NCBI GenBank assembly: GCA_963737065.1
Contig: CAVTRC010000001.1
Location: 448,001 to 512,000, forward strand
DNA: 64,000 nt
Reading direction: 5' to 3'
Source: Candidatus Eremiobacteria bacterium
GTDB lineage: Bacteria > Vulcanimicrobiota > Vulcanimicrobiia > Vulcanimicrobiales > Vulcanimicrobiaceae
The notes under the pieces: generated by a model
Database searches by the model: none
Told to the model about the DNA's origin: nothing
Seen by the model: only the letters and a program-made list of their open reading frames with translations
Part shown: positions 37,268 to 47,253 of the stretch, in pieces
Layout: the number at the start of each line of letters is the position of its first letter
Position numbering within the stretch: position 1 is the stretch's first letter
Made by a program: the position numbers and the translations under genes

Positions 37268-39537
37268 GGGTACACCTCGCGCAAGGGCGCGATCCACAAC
37301 TCCTGCAAGCGCTTCAAGTCGAAGGCTTCATCGTCAATGGCGAGCACCGGCTGATCGACCGTAACGCCGATTTCGTGTACGCCTTCGACGTCGTCGGCCA
37401 TCCCCTCGAATGCATCGACATCGTCCGCCGCGACTTCGACGATGAAGCCACCTGATTCGCCGAAGAGTGCCTCGATGTCCCCGACGCTGCCGTGCGTCCA
37501 CTGCCACGGATCATCGACCTGCGCGCCCACCGGCTTTTCACCGCGGCGCAACGTCGGGAACGCCATCTCGCAGAGCGCGGCCAGCAAGCCGCCGTTTCCG
37601 ATTGAGTGCGCGGCTCGCAACACGTCTGCTAGCGCCGCCTCCAACAGCAACCCGTGTTGCGCGCGTGCACTATCGTAGTGGATGCGCGGCACGCGCGGAT
37701 CGTGCCGGCCCAGCACATCGAGCACGACGGAACCACCGAGCGCGGGACGAGGCGTACCAACCAAATACAGCACGGACCCCGGTTGTTTGAGACGCATCGT
37801 CACGACGTTCGCAACATCCATCATCGACCCGACACACGCGACGATCGGCGACGCGGGTATCGCGTTGCCGCTCTTCGACTCGTTGTACAGGCTCACGTTA
37901 CCGGATACAAACGGCGTCTCGAACGCGCGCGCCGCGGTCGCAAGCCCGTCGATCGCCGCGACGAATTCGCCGAGATGCGCCGGATTTCTCGGATTCCCAA
38001 AGTTCAAACAATCGGTCAAACCGATGGGACGTGCGCCGGCTGCGACGCACTTGCGTACCGCCTCGTACACGGCGTGCTCGCCCGCAAGCCGCGCATTCAA
38101 TCGTCCGAAGCGGGGGTTTCCCGCGACGGAAAGTGCGACACCGAGCGTCGATCCGAACACCGGCGCCAGCACGCCGGCGTCGCCTCTGCCGCGCGGCACA
38201 ACCGTTGCACCGCGAACGACGCAATCGTAACGGCGGTAGAGCGGTTCTCGGGAACAGACGTCGCGATGCTGCAGCACGCGCTCGAGCAGTTCGTCCAGTT
38301 GCATGCCGGTCACGAGCGGCGCTTCGTCGACCACCTGATCCGTCACGCGAATGTCGTCGTGCGCCAAATCATCGCGAATGGCGCCGGTGAGAAAATCGCT
38401 ACCAACGTCCATCACGACCCGGCCGTGATGTCGCAGCACGTAGCGCTTTTCCGCCGTCACCTTCCCCACGACGACCGCGCGCGCGTTGTACGCGATCTGC
38501 GGCAGTGTGAATTCCTCGTTGTAGATGCGCAGAATGTCGGACGTGATCTCCGGCGGCACGACCCAAATCAGTCGCTCTTGCGTCTCGCCGACCGCGATGA
38601 CTTCGGGTCGGAGATTCTCAACGGCCACGTTGACCTTATCCAGATCGATATCCGCGCCGTATCCGCCGGCCGACGTAATCTCCGCCGAACACCCCATGAT
38701 GCCGCCGGCGCCAAGATCTTTGAATCCCGCCGTAACGTTACGATCGCGCAAGAAGCCGAACGTCGCGTAACTCGCGCGCATCAACACGTTCTTTAAGAAC
38801 GGATCGGGAACTTGGACGGCGCCGCGATTCGATTCCTCATCCGCCGCGTCGAGCGTCAGCGACGAGAACGATGCGCCGCCGAATCCGCTCGGATCCGTCG
38901 CCTTGCCGACAAGAACGATATCCCAGCCATCGGCGCCTTCGGGCGCGTACGAATGGATGATCTCAGATTCCTTGACGATGCCCATAGCGACGACGTTTAC
39001 CAAGCAATTGTCGTCGAACCGCTCGTCGAAATACACGTCGCCCGCGATATTGGGAACGCCGATCGCATTACCGTACGCGCTGATTCCGTCGACAGCCGCT
39101 TGCGCGACGTAGCGCTGATGCGACTGCGGATCGTCGATCAAACCGAAGCGCAATGCGTCAGCGACGGCGATTACTTCCGCTCCCATGCAGAGCACGTCAC
39201 GGACGATGCCCCCGATACCGGTTGCAGCCCCCTCAAACGGGACAACTTGCGACGGATGATTGTGCGACTCGTGCGCGATAACGATGCCGTATCGTTCACC
39301 TTGATGCTCGCCAAGGTGTAAGATGCCTGAATCTTCGGAAGGCCCGAGGACAACGGTTGGTCCGTTCGTCGGCAGTTTTCGCAGATGATGCCGGCTCGAT
39401 TTATAACTGCAATGCTCGCTCCATTGCGCGTCGAACGCGTGCAGTTCGACGATCGATGGCGAACGCCCGAGCGTCTTTTCGATCGAGCGCAATTCGTCGC
39501 CGCGCAGCGCGACGCCCGACGTATCGAGTTCAGCCAA
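37264..39537 (-). CDS. purL: FGAM synthase subunit (small-type PurL)
   Basis: WSEHCSYKSS, ESHNHPS, GAATGIGGIVRD, DLGAGG, TDCLNFGNP, SGNVSLYNE. TTG start at 39537 chosen. Confidence 0.96.
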   Translation of the reverse strand: MAELDTSGVALRGDELRSIEKTLGRSPSIVELHAFDAQWSEHCSYKSSRHHLRKLPTNGPTVVLGPSEDSGILHLGEHQGERYGIVIAHESHNHPSQVVPFEGAATGIGGIVRDVLCMGAEVIAVADALRFGLIDDPQSHQRYVAQAAVDGISAYGNAIGVPNIAGDVYFDERFDDNCLVNVVAMGIVKESEIIHSYAPEGADGWDIVLVGKATDPSGFGGASFSSLTLDAADEESNRGAVQVPDPFLKNVLMRASYATFGFLRDRNVTAGFKDLGAGGIMGCSAEITSAGGYGADIDLDKVNVAVENLRPEVIAVGETQERLIWVVPPEITSDILRIYNEEFTLPQIAYNARAVVVGKVTAEKRYVLRHHGRVVMDVGSDFLTGAIRDDLAHDDIRVTDQVVDEAPLVTGMQLDELLERVLQHRDVCSREPLYRRYDCVVRGATVVPRGRGDAGVLAPVFGSTLGVALSVAGNPRFGRLNARLAGEHAVYEAVRKCVAAGARPIGLTDCLNFGNPRNPAHLGEFVAAIDGLATAARAFETPFVSGNVSLYNESKSGNAIPASPIVACVGSMMDVANVVTMRLKQPGSVLYLVGTPRPALGGSVVLDVLGRHDPRVPRIHYDSARAQHGLLLEAALADVLRAAHSIGNGGLLAALCEMAFPTLRRGEKPVGAQVDDPWQWTHGSVGDIEALFGESGGFIVEVAADDVDAFEGMADDVEGVHEIGVTVDQPVLAIDDEAFDLKRLQELWIAPLREVYP

Positions 39538-40735
39538 GTGCCGTCCCCTGCGGCGTAGGCACCTGCCCTTGCTGCTGCAGCATCGCATCGGCGTGCAACA
39601 CCGCAGAACGCGCATTTGCCTGCATCAAGAGCGTACGTCCGTAGAGCACCGTATCTTCCAGTCCAAGCAACTTTGCGCAGTCCAACGCAAGCTCTTGCGG
39701 ATCGCCGTGCCAGTCGAGAACCGGCGATGACGAGGCCGAATTGAGCATTGCGCGTAGGCTGTCGTCTTCGTCCACCGCGACGAAGAACAGCCGCGCGAAC
39801 GTCGCTTCCAACTGCTGGACGAGTTGCAACACATATCCCGGCGTCTTCGACGGGCTCGCGACATGCCGAACGGTCGGCAATCCCAGTTGCTGCAGCGCCG
39901 CGACGACGGCGTTGATCGATTCCGACCGCTCCGGAGAATCCCCGACGACGGCCGCCATGCCGGGGCGCATGACCGGAAACGTTCCGACGAGATCGGCGAC
40001 TTCTTCATACGCGGATTTCACGCGCGCAAGCGAGGCGTCATCGACGGTTTCCAGGTTGCGGTACATTTGTTTGTCCAGCATCAGCTCTTCACGGCCTTGC
40101 GGCCAAATGCGCCACGAGTCGTTATCGATCACGTCGGCGATGACGAGTTGCCCCTTGTCGGGACCTCCGGTGAGCCGGCCGTATTCGATTTTGAGATCGA
40201 CGAGCAGCACGTCGCGTTTGCGCCACGCGTGCGAGAGAATCTCGAACGTCAGCCGCGCAAGCTCCGTCATGACGCCCACTTCATTCGGATTCGCGATGCC
40301 GTTGCCGACGATCGCATCGGGCGTGATCATCGGGTCGTGCTGCGCGTCATCTTTAAGAAAAAATTCGATGACGCGCGGAACCATCAGCGCTCCGCGCTGT
40401 ACGCCGGGGTTGCGCTTGACGAACGAACCTGCGGCAACGCCACGGACGACGACTTCGAGCGGAATCATGTTGCAGCGGCGTACGAGCATCTCGTTGTTAT
40501 CGTCGTCCTCGCCGCCGTTCAAATAGTGCGTCGGAAGTCCGCACAGATTAAGCAATCGGAAGACGCGCGCGGTGGTCTGCGCAGCAAGACGGCCTTTTCC
40601 GGCGATCTCATTGCGCCGCGCACCGTCGCCTGCCGAAACTTGATCCGTCTGCGCAACGACGAGTTGGTCCGGCGAGCCGGCCGCTTCGTAGAGAACTTTC
40701 GTTTTGCCCTTCGCGATTTCGATGCCCTTATTCAC
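39530..40735 (-). CDS. purC: SAICAR synthetase fused to a degenerate PurE-like domain (PAICS-like architecture)
   Basis: GKTK, IPLEVVVR, FFLKDD..HDP, DLKIEYG, ADVIDNDSWRIWP, DKQMYR, then a ~140-aa PurE-like C-terminal domain. Confidence 0.9.
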   Translation of the reverse strand: MNKGIEIAKGKTKVLYEAAGSPDQLVVAQTDQVSAGDGARRNEIAGKGRLAAQTTARVFRLLNLCGLPTHYLNGGEDDDNNEMLVRRCNMIPLEVVVRGVAAGSFVKRNPGVQRGALMVPRVIEFFLKDDAQHDPMITPDAIVGNGIANPNEVGVMTELARLTFEILSHAWRKRDVLLVDLKIEYGRLTGGPDKGQLVIADVIDNDSWRIWPQGREELMLDKQMYRNLETVDDASLARVKSAYEEVADLVGTFPVMRPGMAAVVGDSPERSESINAVVAALQQLGLPTVRHVASPSKTPGYVLQLVQQLEATFARLFFVAVDEDDSLRAMLNSASSSPVLDWHGDPQELALDCAKLLGLEDTVLYGRTLLMQANARSAVLHADAMLQQQGQVPTPQGTALG

Positions 40736-40845
40736 TTAGAAGGCGCTCCACTTTAAGTGTAGCTTGCCCTGCGCTCCATCGAAGGGCGCCCCAAACCGGC
40801 GTGGCGCTGCGAACAGTGTTGAGATCGGGACTTCGCCGGGCGAAT

Positions 40846-42267
40846 TCACGTGTTTACCTCTACGATCTTTTGTTGCGGAAATTGCGGCAATGCGTCGAGA
40901 TCATCCGCGAGCGCGCGCGCGCGTTGTGGTGCGGTGCCGACGTGTTTGCCGGGGTCGAGCAGACGGCGAACCTCCGCCGGATCGATGAGCGCGGTGAGCG
41001 ACGGCTCCGCCGAGAGCGTTTGCGCAAGCGGATTGTCTTCGCCTGCGGCGAGCGACGTCCACGCTCGCATTGCCGCGCTGCGGATCGTCTCGTGCAATTC
41101 CTGACGATTGCCGCCGGCGCGAACGGCCTCCATCATCACCGCCTCCGTGCCGGCAAACGGCCCGTAGGTTCGGAGATTGTGCGCAATGCGCCGCTCCTCG
41201 ACCCGCAGACCGTCGATCACTTTGCGTGCGAGCGAAACGATCTCGTCGGCGCAGAGTAACGCCTCGGGAAGAATCGTTCGCCGGTTCGCGCTGTCGTCGA
41301 GCGTCCGTTCCAAGTAATTCGTTGCCGCGTTCTGCCAAGCGACGTCGGCGTAGCTCACAAGCAAACGCGCAAGCGAATCGATGCGCTCGCTGATGATGGG
41401 GTTACGTTTGAACGGCATCGCGGAACTGCCGACTTGTGATTTTCCGAACGGTTCGGCAACTTCGCCGAACTCGGGGCTCGAGAGAATACGAATGTCCGCG
41501 GCAAACTTTGAAAGCGACGCGCCGAGTCCGGCGAGCGCGGAGAGCAAAAGATAGTCCAGCTTGCGCGGGTACGTCTGGGTGCTGATTCGGCGCGCTTGCA
41601 AACCGAAGCGCTGCAATACGTCCCGTTCGATTTGTGCGGAAGCACCGGAGCGATCCAGCAAGTGCTCGTACGATGCTGCCGTGCCCACCGCACCGCGCAG
41701 CCCCTTCGTCGTCAACTGCTCGAAAACGAATCGCAAGTTGGTATCGTCAATCAACAGATCTTGCGCGTAAACCGCGAGACGGTATCCGAGCGTCGTCGGC
41801 TCGGCGGGCTGCAAGTGCGTGAACGCCATGCACACGAGCTCGCTGTACTGCCGCACGCGTCCGGCAAAGGCGTTGAGCAGCGCGCGAAGGTTCTCACCGA
41901 CCAGCGAGAGCGCACGTCGCAGCCGGTACGTTTCGACCGTGTCTTCGATATCCATCGACGTCGCGCCGAGATGCAGTTTCCCGCCTCCGCGCTTCGCCTG
42001 CGCCGCGAACACGTGAATCTCCGCCATCAGATCGTGATGGATTTCCCGCTCGATCGCGAGTGCAGCGTCGATGTCGACGTCGCCGGCGTGGGCCTCGATA
42101 TCGGCGAGTTCGTCGGCCGCTACGAGTCCGTGACATGCCTGCGCCCGTGCAAGCGCCACCCACACCGCGCGCCACAGCTTGCGTCGCTGTTCCTCGGAGA
42201 AGAGCGCGCGAAGCTCGGCACGGCCGTATCTCCAAGAGAACGGCGACGCATACGTACGGTAATCCAT
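40846..42267 (-). CDS. purB: Adenylosuccinate lyase
   Basis: HHDLMA, HLGATSMD, FTHLQPA, GSSAMPFKRNP, ERTLDDSANRR. Confidence 0.96.
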   Translation of the reverse strand: MDYRTYASPFSWRYGRAELRALFSEEQRRKLWRAVWVALARAQACHGLVAADELADIEAHAGDVDIDAALAIEREIHHDLMAEIHVFAAQAKRGGGKLHLGATSMDIEDTVETYRLRRALSLVGENLRALLNAFAGRVRQYSELVCMAFTHLQPAEPTTLGYRLAVYAQDLLIDDTNLRFVFEQLTTKGLRGAVGTAASYEHLLDRSGASAQIERDVLQRFGLQARRISTQTYPRKLDYLLLSALAGLGASLSKFAADIRILSSPEFGEVAEPFGKSQVGSSAMPFKRNPIISERIDSLARLLVSYADVAWQNAATNYLERTLDDSANRRTILPEALLCADEIVSLARKVIDGLRVEERRIAHNLRTYGPFAGTEAVMMEAVRAGGNRQELHETIRSAAMRAWTSLAAGEDNPLAQTLSAEPSLTALIDPAEVRRLLDPGKHVGTAPQRARALADDLDALPQFPQQKIVEVNT

Positions 42268-42293
42268 GGGACGAAGGCTCGGTTCGCCCCCGC

Positions 42294-44420
42294 TTAGAGT
42301 GCTGCCTCGTCGCCTTTCGTCGCAGCCGCCAAAGTGGCGGAGCGGAGTTCGAAATCCGCTAAAGCGAGCGAAAGATGTTCGGGCGAACCCGAGTCGATCG
42401 CCCGCAGGCCCGCTTTGCGAAGCGCCTCATCGGTGAAGTGCCGCAACTGTTGTTCGGTCATCCCTTCCGTCCGCGCTTCGAGCGTCTCCATCGCCGCGTC
42501 GAGATCGAACTCGAGCGGCTTGCGATCCAGCAGCTCGCGCAACTTCGCGCGGCGGCTTCCCGGGTCGAGCTCGTGCAAGTCAATCGTCTCGGTAAGGCGT
42601 TCGCGCACTTCCGGATCGACCTTTTCAGCATCCGCAACCGTGGCGAGAATGAAGATCGGCACCTTATTGGCTTCGAGTTCGTCAACGAGCACCGCGAAAT
42701 GCGCGAGTGCGCCGGGATCCGCATATTCGGGTACGTCAACCGCGACAAGCGCGCGCCCGCGATGGCGCGCGCGGAGCATAGCCTCGTCGATGTCGTCCAC
42801 GAGCGTATCGAATACGGGGAGTGACGTCTGTTCTGCAAGGCTGCGAATCACGCACTGCTTTGCGGCGTTCGAAGACCCGGCGATAAGCACCGCGCGAGGG
42901 ACCGTGATGCCTTGCGATTCCATCGTTTCGACGTGCGCGAACATCGCCGCGAGCAAACGCAGCCGCTCGACAATGAGTTCGGGCAGAACCACGTCATCAA
43001 TCGGCAAGTTGACGGCCGCGGCGGCGCCGTCGATGATCCTGGTGACCTGATCGATCGTGGCTTCGGCCGGCGTCAAATCGACGACTGCGGCGAAGCCGGC
43101 GATCATCGCCTGATCTAACGCGTCACGCGATTTCGCCGCTGCAACGATCCATACGCGATCGGTCTCGGCGAGCGATTCCCATTCCTTGACGATCGCTTGT
43201 ACGACTTCACGGCGCATCGCTTCGTATTGCATCGAGCCGCCGGATACGAAGAAACGTTCGGCCTCATCGATGAAGAGAATAGAACGCGTACGCTTCGCCG
43301 ATTCGAACAAACGCGACACCGTCGAAGCGCCTTGGCCGACGTATCCGATTTTTATTTGCGAGAACGACAGGCTGTGCAGCGATGCAGCAGACGCGCGAGC
43401 GAGCGTTTGCAACACGTCGGCCGGTTCCGCGCAATTGCCGGCGACCAAGAACAGTCCGCGTCGCGCCGAGCAATCCCCGAGACGAAACATCAGTACCTGG
43501 CGCAGCAGTTCATCCTGCACGACGGAGGAGACGGGAAGTGAACGCACGATCGCGGCGGTCCCGTCGTACTCGCGCAACTCGTCTTCCAGCTTGCGCAACC
43601 GTTCGTCGAGCGTCTTGCGCTGACCGAAGTGCTGCACGACCGTACGAAACTCCGCCGCCTCTTTTTCCACGCTGGGCAGATGCCGTTCGAGCGCGCGCTG
43701 AAACGATACCCCGTATGCGCGGATGAACGGATTTTCAAGATCGGCGTGGACGAGCGTCGGCTTCTTGTCCGGAAAGCGCGTCAAGAGCACGTTGCTGCGC
43801 CGATCGTCGATCACTTCAGCGAACGTTTCGTCGAGCGCATCCTTTTCACGAACGCCCGGGATCTTCCAGGCGCGATCCGCGATCGCCCCGTCGCGCGGAC
43901 CATCGAAACCGATCAGCGGATGGCTCAATCCGGGTTCATAATGCGTGAACGCCACGAAACGGACGTCTTTGCCGTCACGCGCGAGATATGATGAGCGCGC
44001 CTTCTTCACCGGCGCCAAACATTGATCGCGCGCAACGAAATAGCCAATCAGCGCAAGCACGATGTAGGCCGCCGCAGCGATGAAGGCGCCGGCCGCCTGG
44101 AGCAGTGCTACCGCCGCGACGGCGGCGAGCACAAACGCCGCAATGGAAAACCACTGGTATCCGATCAGCCATCCGAAGGTAAGCGCCGAGGTGATGCTCT
44201 CACGCTCGCGCGCCGCCTGCACCTTCGCGAAAACGTCGCGCCAGGTCGCAGTCGCCATCGTGTCCAGGGCAGTACGAATCTCGCCCAGCCGTTCGCGGTC
44301 GTTGACGATCTGCCGCTCCAGATCTTCGCATTCAGCGCGCGCCCGTTCGACGTCGCTCTGAAGTTCGCGCTTCGGATCACCGCCGTATGTCCCAGCCTCC
44401 TGCCGGATCATGACATCCAT
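42294..44420 (-). CDS. Membrane-anchored protein with coiled coils and two degenerate AAA+ modules
   Basis: Coiled coil, two TM helices, GYVGQG pore loop and ILFIDEAE Walker B, but no GxxxxGK[ST] in either module. Confidence 0.8.
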   Translation of the reverse strand: MDVMIRQEAGTYGGDPKRELQSDVERARAECEDLERQIVNDRERLGEIRTALDTMATATWRDVFAKVQAARERESITSALTFGWLIGYQWFSIAAFVLAAVAAVALLQAAGAFIAAAAYIVLALIGYFVARDQCLAPVKKARSSYLARDGKDVRFVAFTHYEPGLSHPLIGFDGPRDGAIADRAWKIPGVREKDALDETFAEVIDDRRSNVLLTRFPDKKPTLVHADLENPFIRAYGVSFQRALERHLPSVEKEAAEFRTVVQHFGQRKTLDERLRKLEDELREYDGTAAIVRSLPVSSVVQDELLRQVLMFRLGDCSARRGLFLVAGNCAEPADVLQTLARASAASLHSLSFSQIKIGYVGQGASTVSRLFESAKRTRSILFIDEAERFFVSGGSMQYEAMRREVVQAIVKEWESLAETDRVWIVAAAKSRDALDQAMIAGFAAVVDLTPAEATIDQVTRIIDGAAAAVNLPIDDVVLPELIVERLRLLAAMFAHVETMESQGITVPRAVLIAGSSNAAKQCVIRSLAEQTSLPVFDTLVDDIDEAMLRARHRGRALVAVDVPEYADPGALAHFAVLVDELEANKVPIFILATVADAEKVDPEVRERLTETIDLHELDPGSRRAKLRELLDRKPLEFDLDAAMETLEARTEGMTEQQLRHFTDEALRKAGLRAIDSGSPEHLSLALADFELRSATLAAATKGDEAAL

Positions 44421-44431
44421 ATATACCTCGG

Positions 44432-45418
44432 TTATCGGCGGCTAAGAGACGAAAGCTCCGTCGTTATCCTCTCAACCAACGTCCGATGCTCTTCAGGATC
44501 GCTTCCCGCGCTGCCGGTGACGATCGACTCTACGCCGCGAACGGCGCGCTCGTACGCTGCGCGCGCGCGCCGCTCGCCGATCCGCATCGCAATCGGGCGC
44601 AGAACCCGTTCGCGCCAGCGCGCGCGGGCCGGCAGGTCGCCGCCCGGCCGCGCGAGCTCCCAGATGAACGAACATTCCGTCGCGAGCGCAGAAAGCAGGG
44701 GGATCGCCGCGCCGCGCGGATCGTTCGTAAAAAGTTCGTGCGCGATACCCATCGCTTGCGCGGTCTTCCCGTCGACGAGTGCGCTCGCATAGAGGTATGC
44801 TTTCGGATCGTCGATCGAGAGCGATTCGCTCTCGAGCTCCTTGAACGTAATCTTCTTTCCGGTCAGCGCAAGTTTCTCGAGGTCGTTTCGCACGGCGGCG
44901 AGTTCGGCTTCACTGCGTGCAAGCTCCGAGACGACACGTGGTTCGGCGGTCGCGCGCAGTGCATCGAGCGTTTCTCGAATGAAACGCGTGCGCGTCTCTT
45001 CGTTTGCCGACGTATCGATCCGTAGTGCGGCGCGTCCCAACTGCACCCCGAGCGGTTCCGGACGCTGCGAACGCGGGGACAGCAGGTCGGTGATCACGAG
45101 CGTATTTCCCGACGGCACGTTTTCGGCAACCGCAAGCAAATCGCGGCGCGGCTGCGCTTTGAGCGATTGAGCGTCGGTAACGAGCACGACGCGCCGGTCG
45201 GCGAGAAACGGCATCGCCGAAAGCGCTTCGCGCACCCGGACTGCGTCGGACCATTCCGATGCCGGGAGGCGTTCGAGATTGAGGTCGCGCAGGTCGGAGG
45301 GCAAAAGCCGGTCGAGCACGAGTTCCACCGCGCGCTCCGCCAGCGCGCGTTCCGTGCCTTCGATCACGACGAGCGAGCCGATCTTCGGTTCTTTATCGAC
45401 GAACTCGTAGTACTTCAC
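44432..45418 (-). CDS. holA: DNA polymerase III delta subunit
   Basis: DLNLERL, AMPFLADRRVVLV, VRNDLEKL motifs; ~328 aa; GTG overlaps the upstream stop. Confidence 0.85.
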   Translation of the reverse strand: MKYYEFVDKEPKIGSLVVIEGTERALAERAVELVLDRLLPSDLRDLNLERLPASEWSDAVRVREALSAMPFLADRRVVLVTDAQSLKAQPRRDLLAVAENVPSGNTLVITDLLSPRSQRPEPLGVQLGRAALRIDTSANEETRTRFIRETLDALRATAEPRVVSELARSEAELAAVRNDLEKLALTGKKITFKELESESLSIDDPKAYLYASALVDGKTAQAMGIAHELFTNDPRGAAIPLLSALATECSFIWELARPGGDLPARARWRERVLRPIAMRIGERRARAAYERAVRGVESIVTGSAGSDPEEHRTLVERITTELSSLSRR

Positions 45419-45876
45419 AGCGATTCGACGTAGCGTTTGAGCGATGAGAGCGTCCGCAGATTTTCCTTTTGGAAACCCCACACGAGCAACGGCGTTGCTA
45501 TTTTGAACAGGCCGGGCGATTCCCACGTCAGCCGCAATTCCCGAATCACTAAGGTGCTGCGGTCTCTCGGCTCAAAACTGTACCTGATGCGCGCGTCCAC
45601 GTCCACGCTAATCGGCCGCCGCACTTGCGCGACTTGATGAAAGCCTATGTGGCTCGGTGGTTCGAATTCGGTAACGACGCCCTGCTTTTCGACCGGAGGC
45701 GCTTCCACATACGTCGTTCCCACTCGGATCGGATACGGCGTGATCGTGTTCGTCCCGCCGAACGCGCTGGAGTCGGCGAGCCACCTGCTGTAGTTCGGGA
45801 GGTCGGCAACGACGGCAAAAACGATGTGCGACTGCGCCGCCATCTCGGAAGAAAACCGGAATTCCTTAACGGCCAT
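45415..45876 (-). CDS. SRPBCC/polyketide cyclase family protein
   Basis: VFAVVADLPNYSRW, VGTTY, VTEFEPP, C-terminal LSSLKRYVE helix. Confidence 0.85.
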   Translation of the reverse strand: MAVKEFRFSSEMAAQSHIVFAVVADLPNYSRWLADSSAFGGTNTITPYPIRVGTTYVEAPPVEKQGVVTEFEPPSHIGFHQVAQVRRPISVDVDARIRYSFEPRDRSTLVIRELRLTWESPGLFKIATPLLVWGFQKENLRTLSSLKRYVESL

Positions 45877-45886
45877 CGACGCGCCG

Positions 45887-46906
45887 TTATACGAGCGCGC
45901 TGAAGCCGGCACGATATTGCAGCGGCGGAATCGTTTCATGATACGGCGGACGAACGATGCCATACTCGGTAATGAATGCGGTAACGAGGTGTCCCGGCGT
46001 TACGTCGAAAGCCGGATTGTACACCCTCGCGTCCTTCATCGACACGGTGACCGCGCCGAACGACGTGACTTCTTCAGGTTTACGCTCTTCGATCTGGATT
46101 GCATCCCCGTTTGCAATCGAAAAATCGAACGTGCTGCGCGGTGCGGCAACGTAAAACGGAATACCGTGATGCGCGGCGAGAACAGCCAGGCCGTACGTCC
46201 CGATTTTGTTGGCCGTATCGCCGTTGGAGGCAATGCGGTCGGCACCGACGATGACGAGCTCGATGCCTTTACGCTGCATCGCGATCGCGGCCGCGGCGTC
46301 CACTTGCAGCGTTGCCTCGACGTCTGCCTGCGCGAGCTCAAAGTATGTCAGCCGTCCGCCCTGAAGCAGCGGGCGGGTTTCGTCTACGTACACATGTGGC
46401 TTTTTGCCCGCGCGCGCCGCGTGAATGATCACCCCGAGCGCGGTACCGCCACCCGCGGTCGCGATAGGTCCGGTGTTGCAATGCGTAAGAACGCTCGCGC
46501 TTTTTGGTAGAATCTCGAGACCGTGGTCCGCGATCGCTTTGTCGATTGCAATCTGTTCGCGATGGATTGCTTGCGCTTCGAGCAGCATGTCGGGCGCGGC
46601 TAGAACCCGGTCCACCGCCCACGCGAGATTTACTGCGGTTGGACGTGCACGCCGCACGCGTTCGGCGGCGCGATTGAACTCGGCGTCGTCAGCGATCGTC
46701 GCGCGAAGTAACGCTACGCCGTAAGCGCCGAACACACCGATAGCCGGGGCGCCGCGCACGGCGAGCGTCTCAATGGCCTGGACGATATCCTCGACGTTGT
46801 GCGCACGTTTCCGCACGACTTCGTGCGGCAGCAGTCGTTGATCGATATACGAAACGGCCTCGCCGTCCCAAGACACAGCGGAGAGATCTTCGTCCGTAAA
46901 TGACAT
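45887..46906 (-). CDS. mtnA: S-methyl-5-thioribose-1-phosphate isomerase
   Basis: IDQRLLP, VRGAPAIG, RPTAVNL, THCNTG, ETRPLLQG, GDTANKIGTY, NPAFDVTP. Confidence 0.96.
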   Translation of the reverse strand: MSFTDEDLSAVSWDGEAVSYIDQRLLPHEVVRKRAHNVEDIVQAIETLAVRGAPAIGVFGAYGVALLRATIADDAEFNRAAERVRRARPTAVNLAWAVDRVLAAPDMLLEAQAIHREQIAIDKAIADHGLEILPKSASVLTHCNTGPIATAGGGTALGVIIHAARAGKKPHVYVDETRPLLQGGRLTYFELAQADVEATLQVDAAAAIAMQRKGIELVIVGADRIASNGDTANKIGTYGLAVLAAHHGIPFYVAAPRSTFDFSIANGDAIQIEERKPEEVTSFGAVTVSMKDARVYNPAFDVTPGHLVTAFITEYGIVRPPYHETIPPLQYRAGFSALV

Positions 46907-46959
46907 CGCGCCGAGCTTTCTGGCCCGGCGCGATGAGTCCATTGTCGCCGCTTTAACGC

Positions 46960-47253
46960 TCAGACGCCGGCTGGGACATGAGCCGCGTAGCACGTTCGGC
47001 AATATACCGGGCGATCGCCGCGCGGCCGGAAGGGCAGTGTCGTGCTCACGCCGCACTGCGCGCATACCGCCTCGAAGGTTGGGCGTTGTGCCGGCGACGC
47101 AATCTCGCCGTTCTGCGAACGCCGCGCTTGGCGACACTCACGACAACGTTGCGGCTGATTTACGAAGCCTTTCTCTGCGAAAAATTGCTGTTCGCGTGCA
47201 GAGAAAACGAACTGCGTACCACAGTCCTTACAAGTGAGCATCTTGTCTTCCAC
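46960..47253 (-). CDS. Second zinc-ribbon plus CxxC-x17-CxxC domain protein
   Basis: CKDC..FVFSAREQQFFAEKGF.N.PQRCREC; CAQC..LPFRPRGDRPVYCRTC. No Gly-rich linker. Confidence 0.92.
   Translation of the reverse strand: MEDKMLTCKDCGTQFVFSAREQQFFAEKGFVNQPQRCRECRQARRSQNGEIASPAQRPTFEAVCAQCGVSTTLPFRPRGDRPVYCRTCYAAHVPAGV

Noticed and set aside
40736..40845. Purine or ZTP riboswitch before purC
   Set aside because: GC-rich with small hairpins, but the conserved cores could not be matched; only a TACACT -10-like box is evident.
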